From Leucoraja ocellata (taxonomy: Eukaryota), in NCBI GenBank assembly GCA_036785375.1, contig JAWMAR010000283.1, positions 1,302,001 to 1,366,000 of the forward strand: a stretch of 64,000 nt of DNA, given 5' to 3'. Positions 12,300-23,899 of the stretch are shown here, piece by piece. Every line of letters begins with the position of its first letter. The stretch's first letter is position 1. Made by a program: the position numbers and the translations under genes. The notes under the pieces were generated by a model. The model did not search any database, had not been told where the DNA came from, and saw nothing but the letters and a program-made list of their open reading frames with translations.

Positions 12300-13545
12300 A
12301 CCTCGGCTATGGCATTAAGCTGTGGGACGGGTTGTGCGGTGCAGAGGGGCCAATGGCCGACAGTGGAATCATGCGACTGCCCCTTAAATCAACGATGAGG
12401 AAGAAAGCGCGGAGGGAATCGGGTCCCAAGAGCAGCTGGACAACGCTCGCAATGATAAATGTCCACTTGTACAGGCGGGAGTCGAAAGTGAGGGTAAAGG
12501 TCCGCATATCGCATGTTCGGATGTCGCTCCCGTTAATGGCCAAGAGAACGGGCCCCTTTTAACCAGCACGAGTGTCATGGCCGATCGGGGGAAGGATGCT
12601 GACGATCGCACCTGAGTCAGGAACGCCGGCCGGAATGGCGGTCGCGGACGTACAGGCAGTTGTTTGGGCCGATCCCGATTGCCTCTACAGCCGATCGGCC
12701 GAGGCATTTCCCCCGAAACGTGCAGGGACGGCAGCAGCGTCGGGCCTCCGCCAACGCCAGGAGTAACACCAATGGTGCCTACCGTGAGTCTCGGGACACT
12801 ACTGTGGTTCTTCGGTGGGAGACGAGGGTGTGCCTTCCTCGTGGAACTGCCGAGGCGAAAGGTGCGCTGGTGCCGGCACACGGTTGATGGCGCAGATATC
12901 CTGGTGTCTGGTCGGCCAGAGTTCATTGGCCCGCTCCGCGAGCTGCAGGGGATCAGTGAAGTCCGCGCCGGCGAGCTTTAGGCGAACATCGTCAGGCATC
13001 TCCTCATGAAATGCCTGTTCGAACAACATGCACGGGCGTTGGCCTTCCATGAGTGCGAGCATCTTGGCCACGCGAACGGACGGCCAGCGATCTCCCAAAC
13101 CGTCCGTGTGAAGGATGCAGGTGGCACGGTCCTGGCGGCTGAGTCTAAAGGTATGTAATTCGAGGGCCTTGAGGCCATCATATTTAGCGGTTTTGGGAGG
13201 ATCCCGAAGATAGGGCAGTAGACGGGAGGCGGACTCCAGCGACAGGGCTCCCACCACATGGAAGTACATTGTTTCGTCCGCCATGATGTGGTGCAGATGA
13301 AACTGCAACCGCACCTGAGGCTGATCTGGCCAAAACCCGGGCTGTTTCAGGCTGACGGCGTTTTGATGGCAGTCGGGAGCGGCGGCAGAAAGGTAATTGT
13401 CCTGCATGATGTCGTCCAATCTTCGGTTGGACGCGTCGGGGTCACCAATTTGGCGGATGAGAAGAGTCGATTTTCCAAACGAGTTTTATTAACAAAACGG
13501 CGTGCGATAATGTGCTCGGACGAAGTGCGTAGTTACTAGTCGGAA
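12300..13545 (-). mobile_element. Ty3/Gypsy LTR retrotransposon relic: partial 5' LTR, PBS, gag, aspartic protease (RT/IN absent)
   Basis: Gag-like AVSLKQPGFW...YFHVV...PP...YDGLK...GLGDR.PS. Cys-rich EARRCCRPCTF. Protease D-S-G-A-I-V-S-I-L-P near 12590-12625 and LLGPDSL. PBS TGGTGACCCCGACG at 13447-13434. AATAAA in the LTR remnant. Confidence 0.85.
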
Positions 13546-13751
13546 TTATGGTCAATGAAGCATTCACATATTATTTTTGCTTCAAATAAAGTTGCAAACT
13601 AAACAAGACATGATATATACCACAATGACATGCAGCAAAATTATAATACAGTATCTCAACTCTTTTTACACGCTGCAATTAATGCAATTTCTATTATCTC
13701 TTTGCACTTCCAAACAAAAATTTGGTTGGATTATTCAGCGTATGATCAACC

Positions 13752-14196
13752 TTGGTGAGATCAAGTGCAGGCTTGGCGCTCGCTTCGCACAACACCTCCA
13801 CTCAGTTCGCAATAACCAACCTGATCTCCCGGTGGCTCTGCACTTCAACTCTCCCTCCCATTCCGAATCTGACCTGTCCGTCCTGGGCCTCCTCCATGGC
13901 CAGAGTGAGGCCCACTGCAAATTGGAGGAACAGCACCTCATATTTTGCTTGGGTAGTTTACACCCCAGCGGTATGAACATTGGCTTCTCCAATTTCAGGT
14001 AGTCCTTGCTTTCTCCCTCCTTCCCCTCCCATTCCCAGCTCTCCCACAGCCTACCGTCTCCGCCTCTTCCTTTCTTTTTCCCGCCCCCCACCCCTCCCGA
14101 CATCAGTCTGAAGAAGGGTCTCGACCCGAAACGTCGCCTATTCCTTCGCTCCATTGATGCTGCCTCACCCGCTGATTTTCTCCAGCTTTGTCTACC
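13752..14196 (+). mobile_element. Penelope-like element 3' end: GIY-YIG endonuclease C-terminus plus pLTR
   Basis: GEIKCRLGARFAQHLHSV...VALHFNSPSH...KLEEQHLIFCLGSLHPSGMN is the typical PLE endonuclease tail. It is followed by a pyrimidine tract and the pLTR. Confidence 0.9.
14104..14140 (+). ncRNA. Minimal hammerhead ribozyme motif in the PLE pLTR
   Basis: CTGAAGA (14108-14114), A, GGGT-CTCG-ACCC helix II, GAAA, CGTC, with a putative GUC cleavage site ending at 14135. Helix I is weak. Confidence 0.6.
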
Positions 14197-14957
14197 AACG
14201 GGATCCCACCATTCTACTGAAACTGTTGACCAATTATATCCAAAATCCAAATCCCAGAGAGCCAGTTGCCAAACCATCAGTATTTCCAAACAATTTAATA
14301 GCAAACGTTTTACTGCGAATGACATATCTCAAATACATCGTCCTGCCTATCCATTCTCATTCTTTACTTCTCCACATTTGTCCACTTATCTGGTAATAAT
14401 TTATTGTCCTGAAGATGGCTTTTGATCTGGACCACCCATGTGTAGTGAGTAGCTTGTAATTTACATGGGGGAAGCCCTAAGTACCCTTCCATTAGTTAGG
14501 CTGGCTATGTTTCATGTCAAACTATGATTTAACAAGATCTTAAAACTGCCACGGAACGCATCAGAATAGGAAACAGCAAAACCATGACAAGAGACAAAAA
14601 TCGGAGACTAAATGGGGAAATCGCTGGTGTGTCTACAAAGGAATTAGTGCTCTGCTTTCAATTTCTATTTATCTAAGGACTCTTATGTGAACTCAGTAGT
14701 GGAGAATAAGGACCAGCTGGATTGATGGTCATAGCTATTTCTGTATCTGCAATATATTTCTTTTTTTTTTAATCTGTCCTTGGTTAGACAAAATGACAAA
14801 AATAACAAAACGGTCACCTGCTCAGAAAAGAAGGTTGCTACCAAATATCCAGCCATATTTCCATGGAGCCTCAGCGAAACCCAATGCAAAAACATTGATG
14901 GAGGTCCAGAGGCCATATTGTCCACATGATCAAATCTTCCCTATGCTTACAACTAAG

Positions 14958-15047
14958 CTAGACACAAAATGCTGGAGTAACTCAGCGGGTGAGGCAGTAT
15001 CTCTGGAGAGAAGGTATGGGCGGCATTTCGGGTCGAGACCCTTCTCT
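14958..15047 (-). mobile_element. Penelope pLTR fragment
   Basis: GACACAAAATGCTGGAGTAACTCAGCGGG...TTTCGGGTCGAGACCCTTCT. Confidence 0.75.
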
Positions 15048-15240
15048 AAACTAGTTCTGTTGGCTCACATTTGACCCATATCTCTCTAAATCTTTCTTAT
15101 CCATTTACAGTTCCATATGTCTTTTAAATGCTGTTATAGTATCTGCCTCAACTACTATCTCAGGCAGCTTGATTCACATATCTACCAACCTTTGTGCAGA
15201 AAAAGTTGCCCCTCGGGTTATTAACTCTTGATTAAACATA

Positions 15241-15340
15241 CAGTGCCCTCCATAATGTTTGGGACAAAGACCCATCATTTATTTATGTGCCTCTGTACTC
15301 CACAATTTGAGATTTGTAATAGAAAAAAAAATCACATGTG
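15241..15340. mobile_element. Solo Tc1 terminal inverted repeat fragment
   Basis: TA|CAGTGCCCTCCATAATGTTTGGGACAAAGACCC..., near-identical to 19588-19675. Confidence 0.85.
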
Positions 15341-16360
15341 CCAGAATCGTGCACTTATTGTTAGCAAGACCAAAGAACTAATCGCTGATTTCAGAAAGGG
15401 TCAGTGGTAAACCCATGAACGGGTCTTAATTGTTGGGACGATACAATACGACAGAATTTTATTCATCCCCGGAGGGAAATTGGTCTGCCAACAGTCATAA
15501 CACATAAGGTACACAAAAACCTGAAATTAAAATTAAATTAAAAGTGAAAAAAAAAGAAAAAGACATGCCACTGTTGGCTGGGGCTGCCGTGTGCACAGCG
15601 CCTTCACCGCAACGAACTGACAAATAAACAAATGAACACAGGCTTATCCTCTGGACAGAGGATTCTAAAATGGGACGGCAATAGAGAGAGTCAACGCCTT
15701 CAAGTTCTTGGCCATACCCATCTCTGAGGATCTGTATCAGGCCCAGCACACTGATGTAATCACAAAGAATTCTCATCAGTGTTTCTACTTCCTTGGAAAA
15801 TTTATGAGATTTGACAGGTTGGCGAATTTAATAAACTTCTACAGTGGAGAGCATAGTGATTGATTGCATCATGGCCTGGTTAGTTAACAAACACCCAAAA
15901 ATGCAGAAGACTGCAGAAGCTGGAGGATGTTGCCTGGTCCATCACAAGTATTGACCAACACACCATCAAATGGTTTTACAGACAGCGCTAGTTCTGATAG
16001 GTAGCAAATATCAAAGACCCACACCACCCTATCAACAATCTCATATCGCTGTTACCACGAGGAAGATACAGGAGCACAAGTACCATGACCTCTAAATTTT
16101 GGAGCAGCTTCTTCCCATTAACCATCAAGCTCTTGAACCAAACTGCACAATCCTACTTCAACCACAATCTACTATGGACTTTGTATAGGTCACACTATAT
16201 ACTGGTTTGCAATTTTGTGTGTTTGTTACCTAATGTTACTGATAGTTTATTGATTATTGTATAATTAATCATTGTGTTGTTGCATTATTGTGCCTGTAAA
16301 ACTGCAGCAAGTAAGATGTTTGCTGCTCAATTCCTGGTGCTTATGACAATTAAACACACT
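15341..16360 (+). mobile_element. Degraded Rex1/Babar-type LINE RT region and 3' end, interrupted by a ~230-bp insertion (15441-15670)
   Basis: VSKTKELIADFRK, IERVNAFKFLA.PISEDL, tail ATGACAATTAAA. The insertion is flanked by TGGGACG at 15434-15440 and 15671-15677. Confidence 0.75.
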
Positions 16361-16396
16361 TGATTCTTGATCTGTAACCAAGAATATATGTAATAT

Positions 16397-16780
16397 ATAA
16401 CCATATAACCATATAACAATTACAGCACGGAAACAGGCCATCTCGGCCCTACAAGTCCATGCCGAACAAATTTTTTTTTTCCCCTTAGTCCCACCTGCCT
16501 GCACTCATACCATAACCCTCCATTCCCTTCTCATCCATATGCCTATCCAATTTATTTTTAAATGATACCAATGAACCTGCCTCCACCACTTCCACTGGGA
16601 GCTCATTCCACACCGCCACCACTCTCTGCGTAAAGAAGTTCCCCCTCATATTACCCCTAAACTTCTGTCCCTTAATTCTGAAGTCATGTCCTCTTGTTTG
16701 AATCTTCCCTATTCTTAAAGGGAAAAGCTTGTCCACATCAACTCTGTCTATCCCTCTCATCATTTTAAAGACCTCTATCA
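16397..16780 (-). mobile_element. Young CR1/HER1-type LINE 3' end
   Basis: IEVFKMMRGIDRVD...FFTQRVVAVWNELP and a (TATATGGT)n tail. Near-identical to 23300-23674. Confidence 0.95.
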
Positions 16781-17483
16781 TCTGTAATTCTTTGCCTTCA
16801 TAGAATTATGCACAGATCTATTGGTAGGTCTGCACATTTAAACAGCGCAGCACGATTCTTCCTTGATCATATGTTTAATGTAAACATTTTTACAATTTAT
16901 CCTCAAAGCAAATGAACTCAAATTTACCTACTCTGCTACGATAACACGTTGAAAGCAATTCACGGAAGGTTCTGTTTCCACGCTCTGGATATATTCTTGG
17001 AAGGAACAAGTTATCAAATATGGAGTGGACAGACAGGTTAGGCCTGCACCTGCTGGAGACAGGAGTCAGAGTGGCAAGGCTAAAACAATAAGATGTTGAA
17101 ATACTTTGAAGGGTCAGATAAGGAGCGGCTTTCTTCGTGTGGGAGAATCAAGAATGAGGGGGAAATGTATAAAGGTTACTCACTTAAGATAGAGATGAGA
17201 CTTTTTTTACTCTGAAGATGAATTTGGAACAGTTCTTCACTGCATCTTTGGTGGAAGCAGAGTCTGAACAATTTTAAGACAATGGTAGATAGTTTCTTGA
17301 TCAGACAAGGATACTGCTTGTAGATGGGAATGCAGAGGTGTTTACAATTACCAAATGCTGGAGCAGGCTTAAAGGGCAAGTGGTTTAGTCCTGTTCCTAG
17401 TTTATATGTTCTTAAGACACAAAATTATTTATGTGTATACATGGAAAAGGCATCAGACACAATTGGTTATAAGAAACACTTTC

Positions 17484-18495
17484 GGAGTGGCGGCGCGGCT
17501 CTGGCTGCAGCGGCTCACCGGCAGTCCCGTTTGTTTTGCGTTTTTTGTGTTGTTTATTTTGTTTTGGTTAGTCTAGTTTTTCGTTTTTAGTTTGTGTTTG
17601 GGGGGGGGGGTTGAAACGGGGTTTGCAGTCTCTCCCTGCGGGGGAATGCGACCTTTTTGTCGTATTCCTCTTCTCTGCCTCCGTCTGCGCTGAGGCCTGA
17701 TGGAGCTGACGACCTCGAGGCTCCGGAGGCAGAGCCCGTCAGGACTCGCCCTGAGCTCGCTCCCGTGAGGGTGGTCCGGCTCAGGGCTGGAAAGGGTTGG
17801 GACGCACCCGTGAGGGCGGCCAGCCCGAGGGTGGAACGAGGCTCCCGTCGGAGCCGCCGAGCTCGGGGAGGTGCGGCGCTCGCAGCCCGAGGGAGGTTCA
17901 GTGCCCAAGTCGGGGCGGCCCGGCTAGAGGGAGAAGCGACGCTCAAGTCGGGGCGGCCCGGCCCGGGGAAGAAGCGACGCCCAAGTCGGGGCTGCCCGGT
18001 CCGGGGGAGGTTCGGCGTCCATGTCAGGGCGGCCCGGCCCGGGGAAGAAGCGACGCCAATGTCGGGGCGGCCCGGACCAGGGGAGGTTCGGCGCCCATGT
18101 CGGGGCGGCCCAGCCCGAGGCTGAAGACGGTGCGGTACTCACGTGAGGGTGGCTGGGACGGTGTTCTGGCGGTGGTGGCCTGAGTCCGGGGTTAGGCAGC
18201 GGGCCAGCGGCTGCGTCTGCAGGACTGGTGGGCGGCAGCTTCGACCACCCCGGGCCGCGGTGTTTGAGCCGCGGGACTGTTTTATAACATCGCCCGGGGG
18301 GGGTATCGCCTCAGCGCAGAGGGAGAAGAGGAGGGAAGAGACTGCAGACCTAAGACTTTTGCCTCCATCACAATGAGGAGATGCTGGGTGGACTCACTGT
18401 GGTGGATGTTAATATGTGTTTATTGTTGTTTTTATTGTATTATATGTATGACTGCTGCAATTTCGTTCAAACTTCGGTCTGAATGACAATAAAGG

Positions 18496-18543
<48 letters not shown>
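17484..18543 (+). mobile_element. GC-rich non-autonomous retroposon with internal 38-bp tandem repeats, 3' stem-loop, GAATGACAATAAA tail and (TATC)n
   Basis: About 6 units of AAGTCGGGGCGGCCCGG... at ~17907-18120, stem-loop at 18364-18406, microsatellite tail at 18497-18543. Confidence 0.7.
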
Positions 18544-18884
18544 TTCTCAAACCTTCTGCCTCAATTAATGATTGGAGAACTGATCCTTTTAAAAAAGGCT
18601 GGAAATCAGAAGACAATTTTTTTAACTTCCCTGTAGATTAATACTCCAGAATTGTGCAACAGGATCTATTTGTTAAGCTTGGTAAAAAACATCCATTCAT
18701 TTCCTTAAAATTACATAACATGTAGTCCAGCAGTAGATCCAAAATGAAGCAGTTTGGTTCATTCTTTCAAATAAGAGACTAATCAGATAATGACCTTACT
18801 CTATAAATTGTATATATTATAATTTCAGGATACCCCAAAGCACTGTACAAGCAGCGTATTTCTGAATTCTGAATTATATTTATA

Positions 18885-19250
18885 GAGCCAGAGAGCGTGG
18901 AAACAGACCCTTCAGCTCAACTTGCCCATAGCTGCCAACATGTCCCATCTATGCTAGTCCCACTGACCTGTGTTTGGCCCATATTACTCTAAATCTGTCC
19001 TAATCATGTACCTGTCTAAATTGTTCTTATATGTTGCGATCGTACCTGTCTCAAATACCGCCTCCAGCAGCTTGATCCATACACGCACCACATTCTGTGT
19101 GAAAAAGTTACCTCTCAGGTTCCTATTAAAGTTACCCCTCAGGTTCCCCCCCTAACCTTAAACCTATTCCCTCTGGTTCTTGATTCCCCTACTCTGGGCA
19201 AGAGACTGCGCGGCTAAAGGACTATTCACCTCATGATATTGTACACCATT
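18885..19250 (-). mobile_element. CR1/HER1-type 3' end
   Basis: GCGTGGAAACAGACCCTTCAGCTCAAC...TAGTCCCAC...TTTGGCCCATA. Confidence 0.75.
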
Positions 19251-19587
19251 TATTTTTAAATCCTATTTTCCTACCAAAGTGCAATGCTGTAAATAAGAGC
19301 TATTTTATGAATCCACACTAACTGAGATTGCTTATTTTGCTGATTCCGAGAGCAACTGATCATAAAATATATTTGCAGCATCTGGACAACCTTGTTTCTA
19401 TCATATGAAAATTGGATTGCTTACAGTGAAGACTGATTTTGTTTTTGATACACATTAGCCTGAACTATATGGAGTTGAGCAGGCTAGGACTTTATTTCTT
19501 GGAGCACAGGAGGCTGATGGGAATAGATGGGATGAATGTACAAAGTATTTTATCCACAGTAGGGGGAATCAAGAACTCGAGGGCACA

Positions 19588-20835
19588 CAGTGCCCTCCAT
19601 AATGTTTGGGACAAAGACCCATCATTTATTTATTTGCTCTACTCCACAATTTGAGATTTGTAATAGAAAAAAATCAGGTGGTTAATGTGGTTAAAGTGCA
19701 CTTTGTCAGATTTTAATAAAGGCCAATTTTATACATTTTGGTTTCACCATGTAGAAATTACAGCAGTGCTTATACATAGTCACCCCATTTCAGGGCATCA
19801 TAATGTTTGGGACACAGCAATGTCATGTAAATGAAAGTAGTCATGTTTAGTACTTTGTTGCATATCCTTTGCATGCAATGACTGCTTGAAGTCTGCGATT
19901 CATGGATATCACCAGTTGCTGGGTGTCTTCTCTGGTGATGCTCTGCCAGGCCTATATTACAGCCATCTTTAGCTTATGCTTGTTTTGGGGGCTAGTACCC
20001 TTCAGTTTTCTCTTTAACAATCGGCAATTTTTTAGCTTTGAAAAACTCCTTTGTTGCTTTAGCAGTATGTTTGGGATCATTGTCTTGCTGTAGAATGAAC
20101 TGCTGGCCAATGAGTTTTGAGGCATTTGTTTGAACTTGAGCAGATAGGATGTCTATACCCTTCAGAATTCATTATGCTACTACCATTAGCAGTTGTATCA
20201 TCAATGAAGATAAGTGAGCCAGTACCTTCAGCAGTCATACATGCGCAAGCCATAACACCCCCACCACCGTGTTTCACAGATGAGGTGGTATGCTTTGGAT
20301 CTTGGGCAGTTCCTTCTCTCTATACTTTGCTCTTGCTATCACCCTGATATAAGTTAATCTTCGTCTCATCTGTCCACAAGACCTTTATTGCAGAACTATG
20401 GTTGCTCTTTTAAGTACTTCTTGGCAAACTATAACTTGACTATTCTATTTTTGCGGTGAACCAGTGGTGTGCATCTTGCAGTGTAGCCTCTGTATTTCTG
20501 TTCATGAAGTCTTCTGCGGACACTGGCCATTGACAAATCCACACCTGACTCCTGAAGAGTGTTTCTGGTCTGTCAGACAGGTGTTTGGGGATTTATCTTT
20601 ATTATTGAGAGAATTCTTCTGTCATCAGCTGTGGAGGTCTTCCTTGGCCTGCCAGTCCGTTCGTGATTAGTAAGTTCACCAGTGCTCTCTTTCTTCTTAA
20701 TGATGTTCCAAACAGTTGATTTTGGTAAGCCTAAGGTTTGGCTGATATCTCTAACAGTTTTATTCTTGTTTCTCAGTCTCTTAATGGCTTCTTTGACTTT
20801 CATTGGCACTACTTTGGTCCGCATGTTGATAATAT
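19588..20835 (-). mobile_element. Tc1-like DNA transposon relic (one IR/DR end plus disrupted transposase)
   Basis: Terminus CAGTGCCCTCCATAATGTTTGGGACA with an inner direct repeat at ~19790-19815. Transposase from ATG 20824: HTH region, TGRPRKTS, KHGGGGVM, FILQQDNDPKHTAKATKEFF, with frameshifts. Confidence 0.92.
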
Positions 20836-21115
20836 ACCTCACGCTACGTGACAATAAATTAAATTAAACTCAAACTAACCCTGGTAAGTAGTTGTCTTGT
20901 TCCACACACAAAACCTTACCCCACATATTATTATAACTCAACAATGGTATTTAGCACATGGGGAAAGACAAAGGTGACTTGGATTCTTAATTTACTCAGT
21001 AAACAGCTACAGACAAAAGAAACATGAACTTAGTGTTTGATTTGTTGTTGAATTGGTGGCAGCTGTTTTGAACAGGATCTGAATGATCTTATCAAATCAA
21101 GGATGTTTACAGTTA

Positions 21116-21544
21116 AGGGCCTGTCCCACATGGCCGTAATTTGCGCCTCATTTACGCGTCATATGTAAAATAGGTCGACGCTGCGCGCCGCCCATACGCA
21201 GTCGGCCCGCCTTTTACGCGTCATGTAACCTCTAACCTCGTCCACACAGACCCCTTCCTGGGTTTCTTGCTAGCCTTTCTTGTTGTACTCCTGCCTGGTT
21301 GATCTGTAAGTATGAGGGCTGTTGCTAACAGACGTCTCTGTTGTTGCTAACAGCAATAAAATCTGTAGTTCTTCCATGATGGTCATGATGCAGAATAGGG
21401 AAGCAGGGTGTTCTAATGACGTCACACGCACCAGACGGCTGTGCTGACGCATGATGACGCGTGATTTCCCGCGACGTCGCGCCAACCTATCTTACATATG
21501 ACGCGTAAATTAGGCGCAAATGACGGCCAAGTGGGACAGGCCTT
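21116..21544. mobile_element. PIF/Harbinger-type MITE
   Basis: ~60-bp TIRs beginning AGGGCCTGTCCCAC. TTA TSD at 21113-21115 and 21545-21547. Confidence 0.85.
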
Positions 21545-21732
21545 TTACCCTGTGCATGTTTGTTTGTTTCAATTTATTGCTATCTTGTTCATTGAACAGA
21601 TTTGAAACAAAATATGCCCAGAGCCATCTGCAATTTCTCTGTGCTGAGTGCCCAATAGATGACCGGCATTCAAACAGAATAGAAATTTAAATGCTCACGT
21701 TAGGCAGCATGGCATAATTATAGGCAGCATGA

Positions 21733-23674
21733 AGTAAATGAGGTGCTTGAGGAGTATAAGGAATGTAAAAAGAATCTTAAGAAATAAATTAGAAAAGCTA
21801 AAAGAAGATATGAGGTTGCTTTGTCAAGTAAGGTGAAAGTAAATCCAAAGGGTTTCTACAACTATATTAATAGCAAAAGGATAATGAGGGATAAAATTGG
21901 TCCAATGGAGAGACAGAGTGGACAGCTATCTGCAGAGCCAAAAGAGATGGGGGAGATATTGAACAATTTCTTTTCTTCGGTATTCACCAAGGAGAAGGAT
22001 ATTGAATTATGTGAGGTAAGGGAAACTAGTAGAGTAGCTATGGATACTATGAGTTTCAAAGTAAAAGAAGTACTGACACGTTTGAAAAATATAAAAGTGG
22101 ATAAGTCTCCAGGTCCTGATAGGATATTCCCAAAGACATTGAGGGAAGTTAGTGTAGAAATAGCCGGGGCTATGACAGAAATATTTCAAATGTCATTAGA
22201 AACAGGAATAGTCCCCGAGGATTGGCGTACTGCGCATGTTGTTCCATTGTTTAAAAAAGGTTCTAAGAGTAAACCTAGCAATTATAGACCTGTTAGTTTG
22301 AATTCAGTGGTGGGCAAATTAATGGAAAAGATACTTAGAGATAATATATATAAGCATCTGGATAAACTGTGTTTGATTAGGAACATTCAACATGGATTTG
22401 TGCCTTGAAGGTCATGTTTGACTAATCTTCTTGAATTTTTTGAAGAGGTTACCAGGGAAATTGACGAGGGTAAAGCAGTGGATGTTGTCTATATGGACTT
22501 TAGTAAGGCCTTTGACAAGGTTCCTCATGGAAGGTGGGTTAAGAAGGTTCAACTGTTGGGTATAAATGCAGGAGTAGCAAGATGGATTCAACAGTGGCTG
22601 AATGGGAGACGCCAGAGGGTAATGGTGGATGGTTGTTTGTCGGGTTGGAGGCAGGTGACTAGTGGGGTGCCTCAGGGATCTGTGTTGGGTCCTTTGTTGT
22701 TTGTCATGTACATCAATGATCTGGATGAAGGTGTGGTAAATTGGATTAGTAAGTATGCAGATGATAACAAGATAGGGGGTGTTGTGGATAATGAAGAGGA
22801 TTTCCAAAGTCTACAGAGTGATTTAGGCCATTTGGAAGAATGGGCTGAAAGATGGCAGATGGAGTTTAATGCTGATAAATGTGAGGTGCTACACCTTGGC
22901 AGGACAAATCAAAATAGGACGTACATGGTAAATGGTAGGGAATTGAAGAATGCAGTTGAACAGAGGGAGCTGGGAATAACCGTGCATAGTTCCTTGAAGG
23001 TGGAATCTCAATTAGATAGGGTGGTAAAGAAAGCTTTTGGTATGCTAGCCTTTATAAATCAGAGCATTGAGTATAGAAGCTGGGATGTAATGTTAAAATG
23101 TACAAGGCATTGGTGAGACCAAATCTGAAGTATGGTGTACAATTTTGGTCGCCCAATTATAGGAAGGATGTCAACAAAATAGAGAGAGTACAGAGGAGAT
23201 TTACTAGAATGTTGCCTGGGTTTCAACAACTAGGTTACAGAGAAAGGTTGAATAAGTTGGGTGTTTATTCTATGGAGCGCAGAAGGTTGAGGGGGGACTT
23301 GATAGAGGTCTTTAAAATGATGAGAGGGATAGACAGAGTTGATGTGGCCAAGCTTTTCCCTTTGAGAATACGGAAGATTCAAACAAGAGGACCTGACTTC
23401 AGAATTAAGGGACAGAAGTTTAGGGGTAACATGAGGGGGAACTTCTTTACTCAGAGTGGTAGCGGTGTGGAATGAGCTTCCAGTGGAAGTGGTGGAGGCA
23501 GGTTCGTTGGTAACATTTAAAATTAAATTGGATAGGCATATGGATGAGAAGGGAATGGAGGGTTATGGTATGAGTGCAGGCAGGTGGGACTAAGGGAAAA
23601 TAATTGTTCGGCACGGACTTGTAGGGCCGAGATGGCCTGTTTCCGTGCTGTAATTGTTATATGGTTATATGGTT
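21733..23674 (+). mobile_element. CR1/HER1-type LINE, 5'-truncated, RT broken by few lesions
   Basis: Three consecutive ORFs: KSPGPD, NYRPVSL, QHGF, DFSKAFDKVPH, GVPQGSVLGP, KYADD, through the (TATATGGT) tail. Confidence 0.97.
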
Positions 23675-23899
23675 AGGAGAATCTAAACACAAAGCTAGAG
23701 CAATAGTGATATTGTGGAGCAAGATGGCAGTGTTAAAGTATTAAATTATATTCCAAAAATCTTGTTAATACTATTGTGGATCATAAGAATTTATTTCCTC
23801 AGTTATTACAGATGAGTGTAAAACTGGTGCTTTTATTAAATTTTCCAATTTACTAACAATTATATCAAATTTGAATGATGTAAAAGGAGGAAGAGTAGG

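Noticed and set aside
17573-18376. Cluster of overlapping Arg/Gly/Pro-rich ORFs, or a gene-associated CpG island (also 39464-40190)
   Set aside because: GC-rich retroposon bodies, with ORFs open on both strands because stop codons are scarce.
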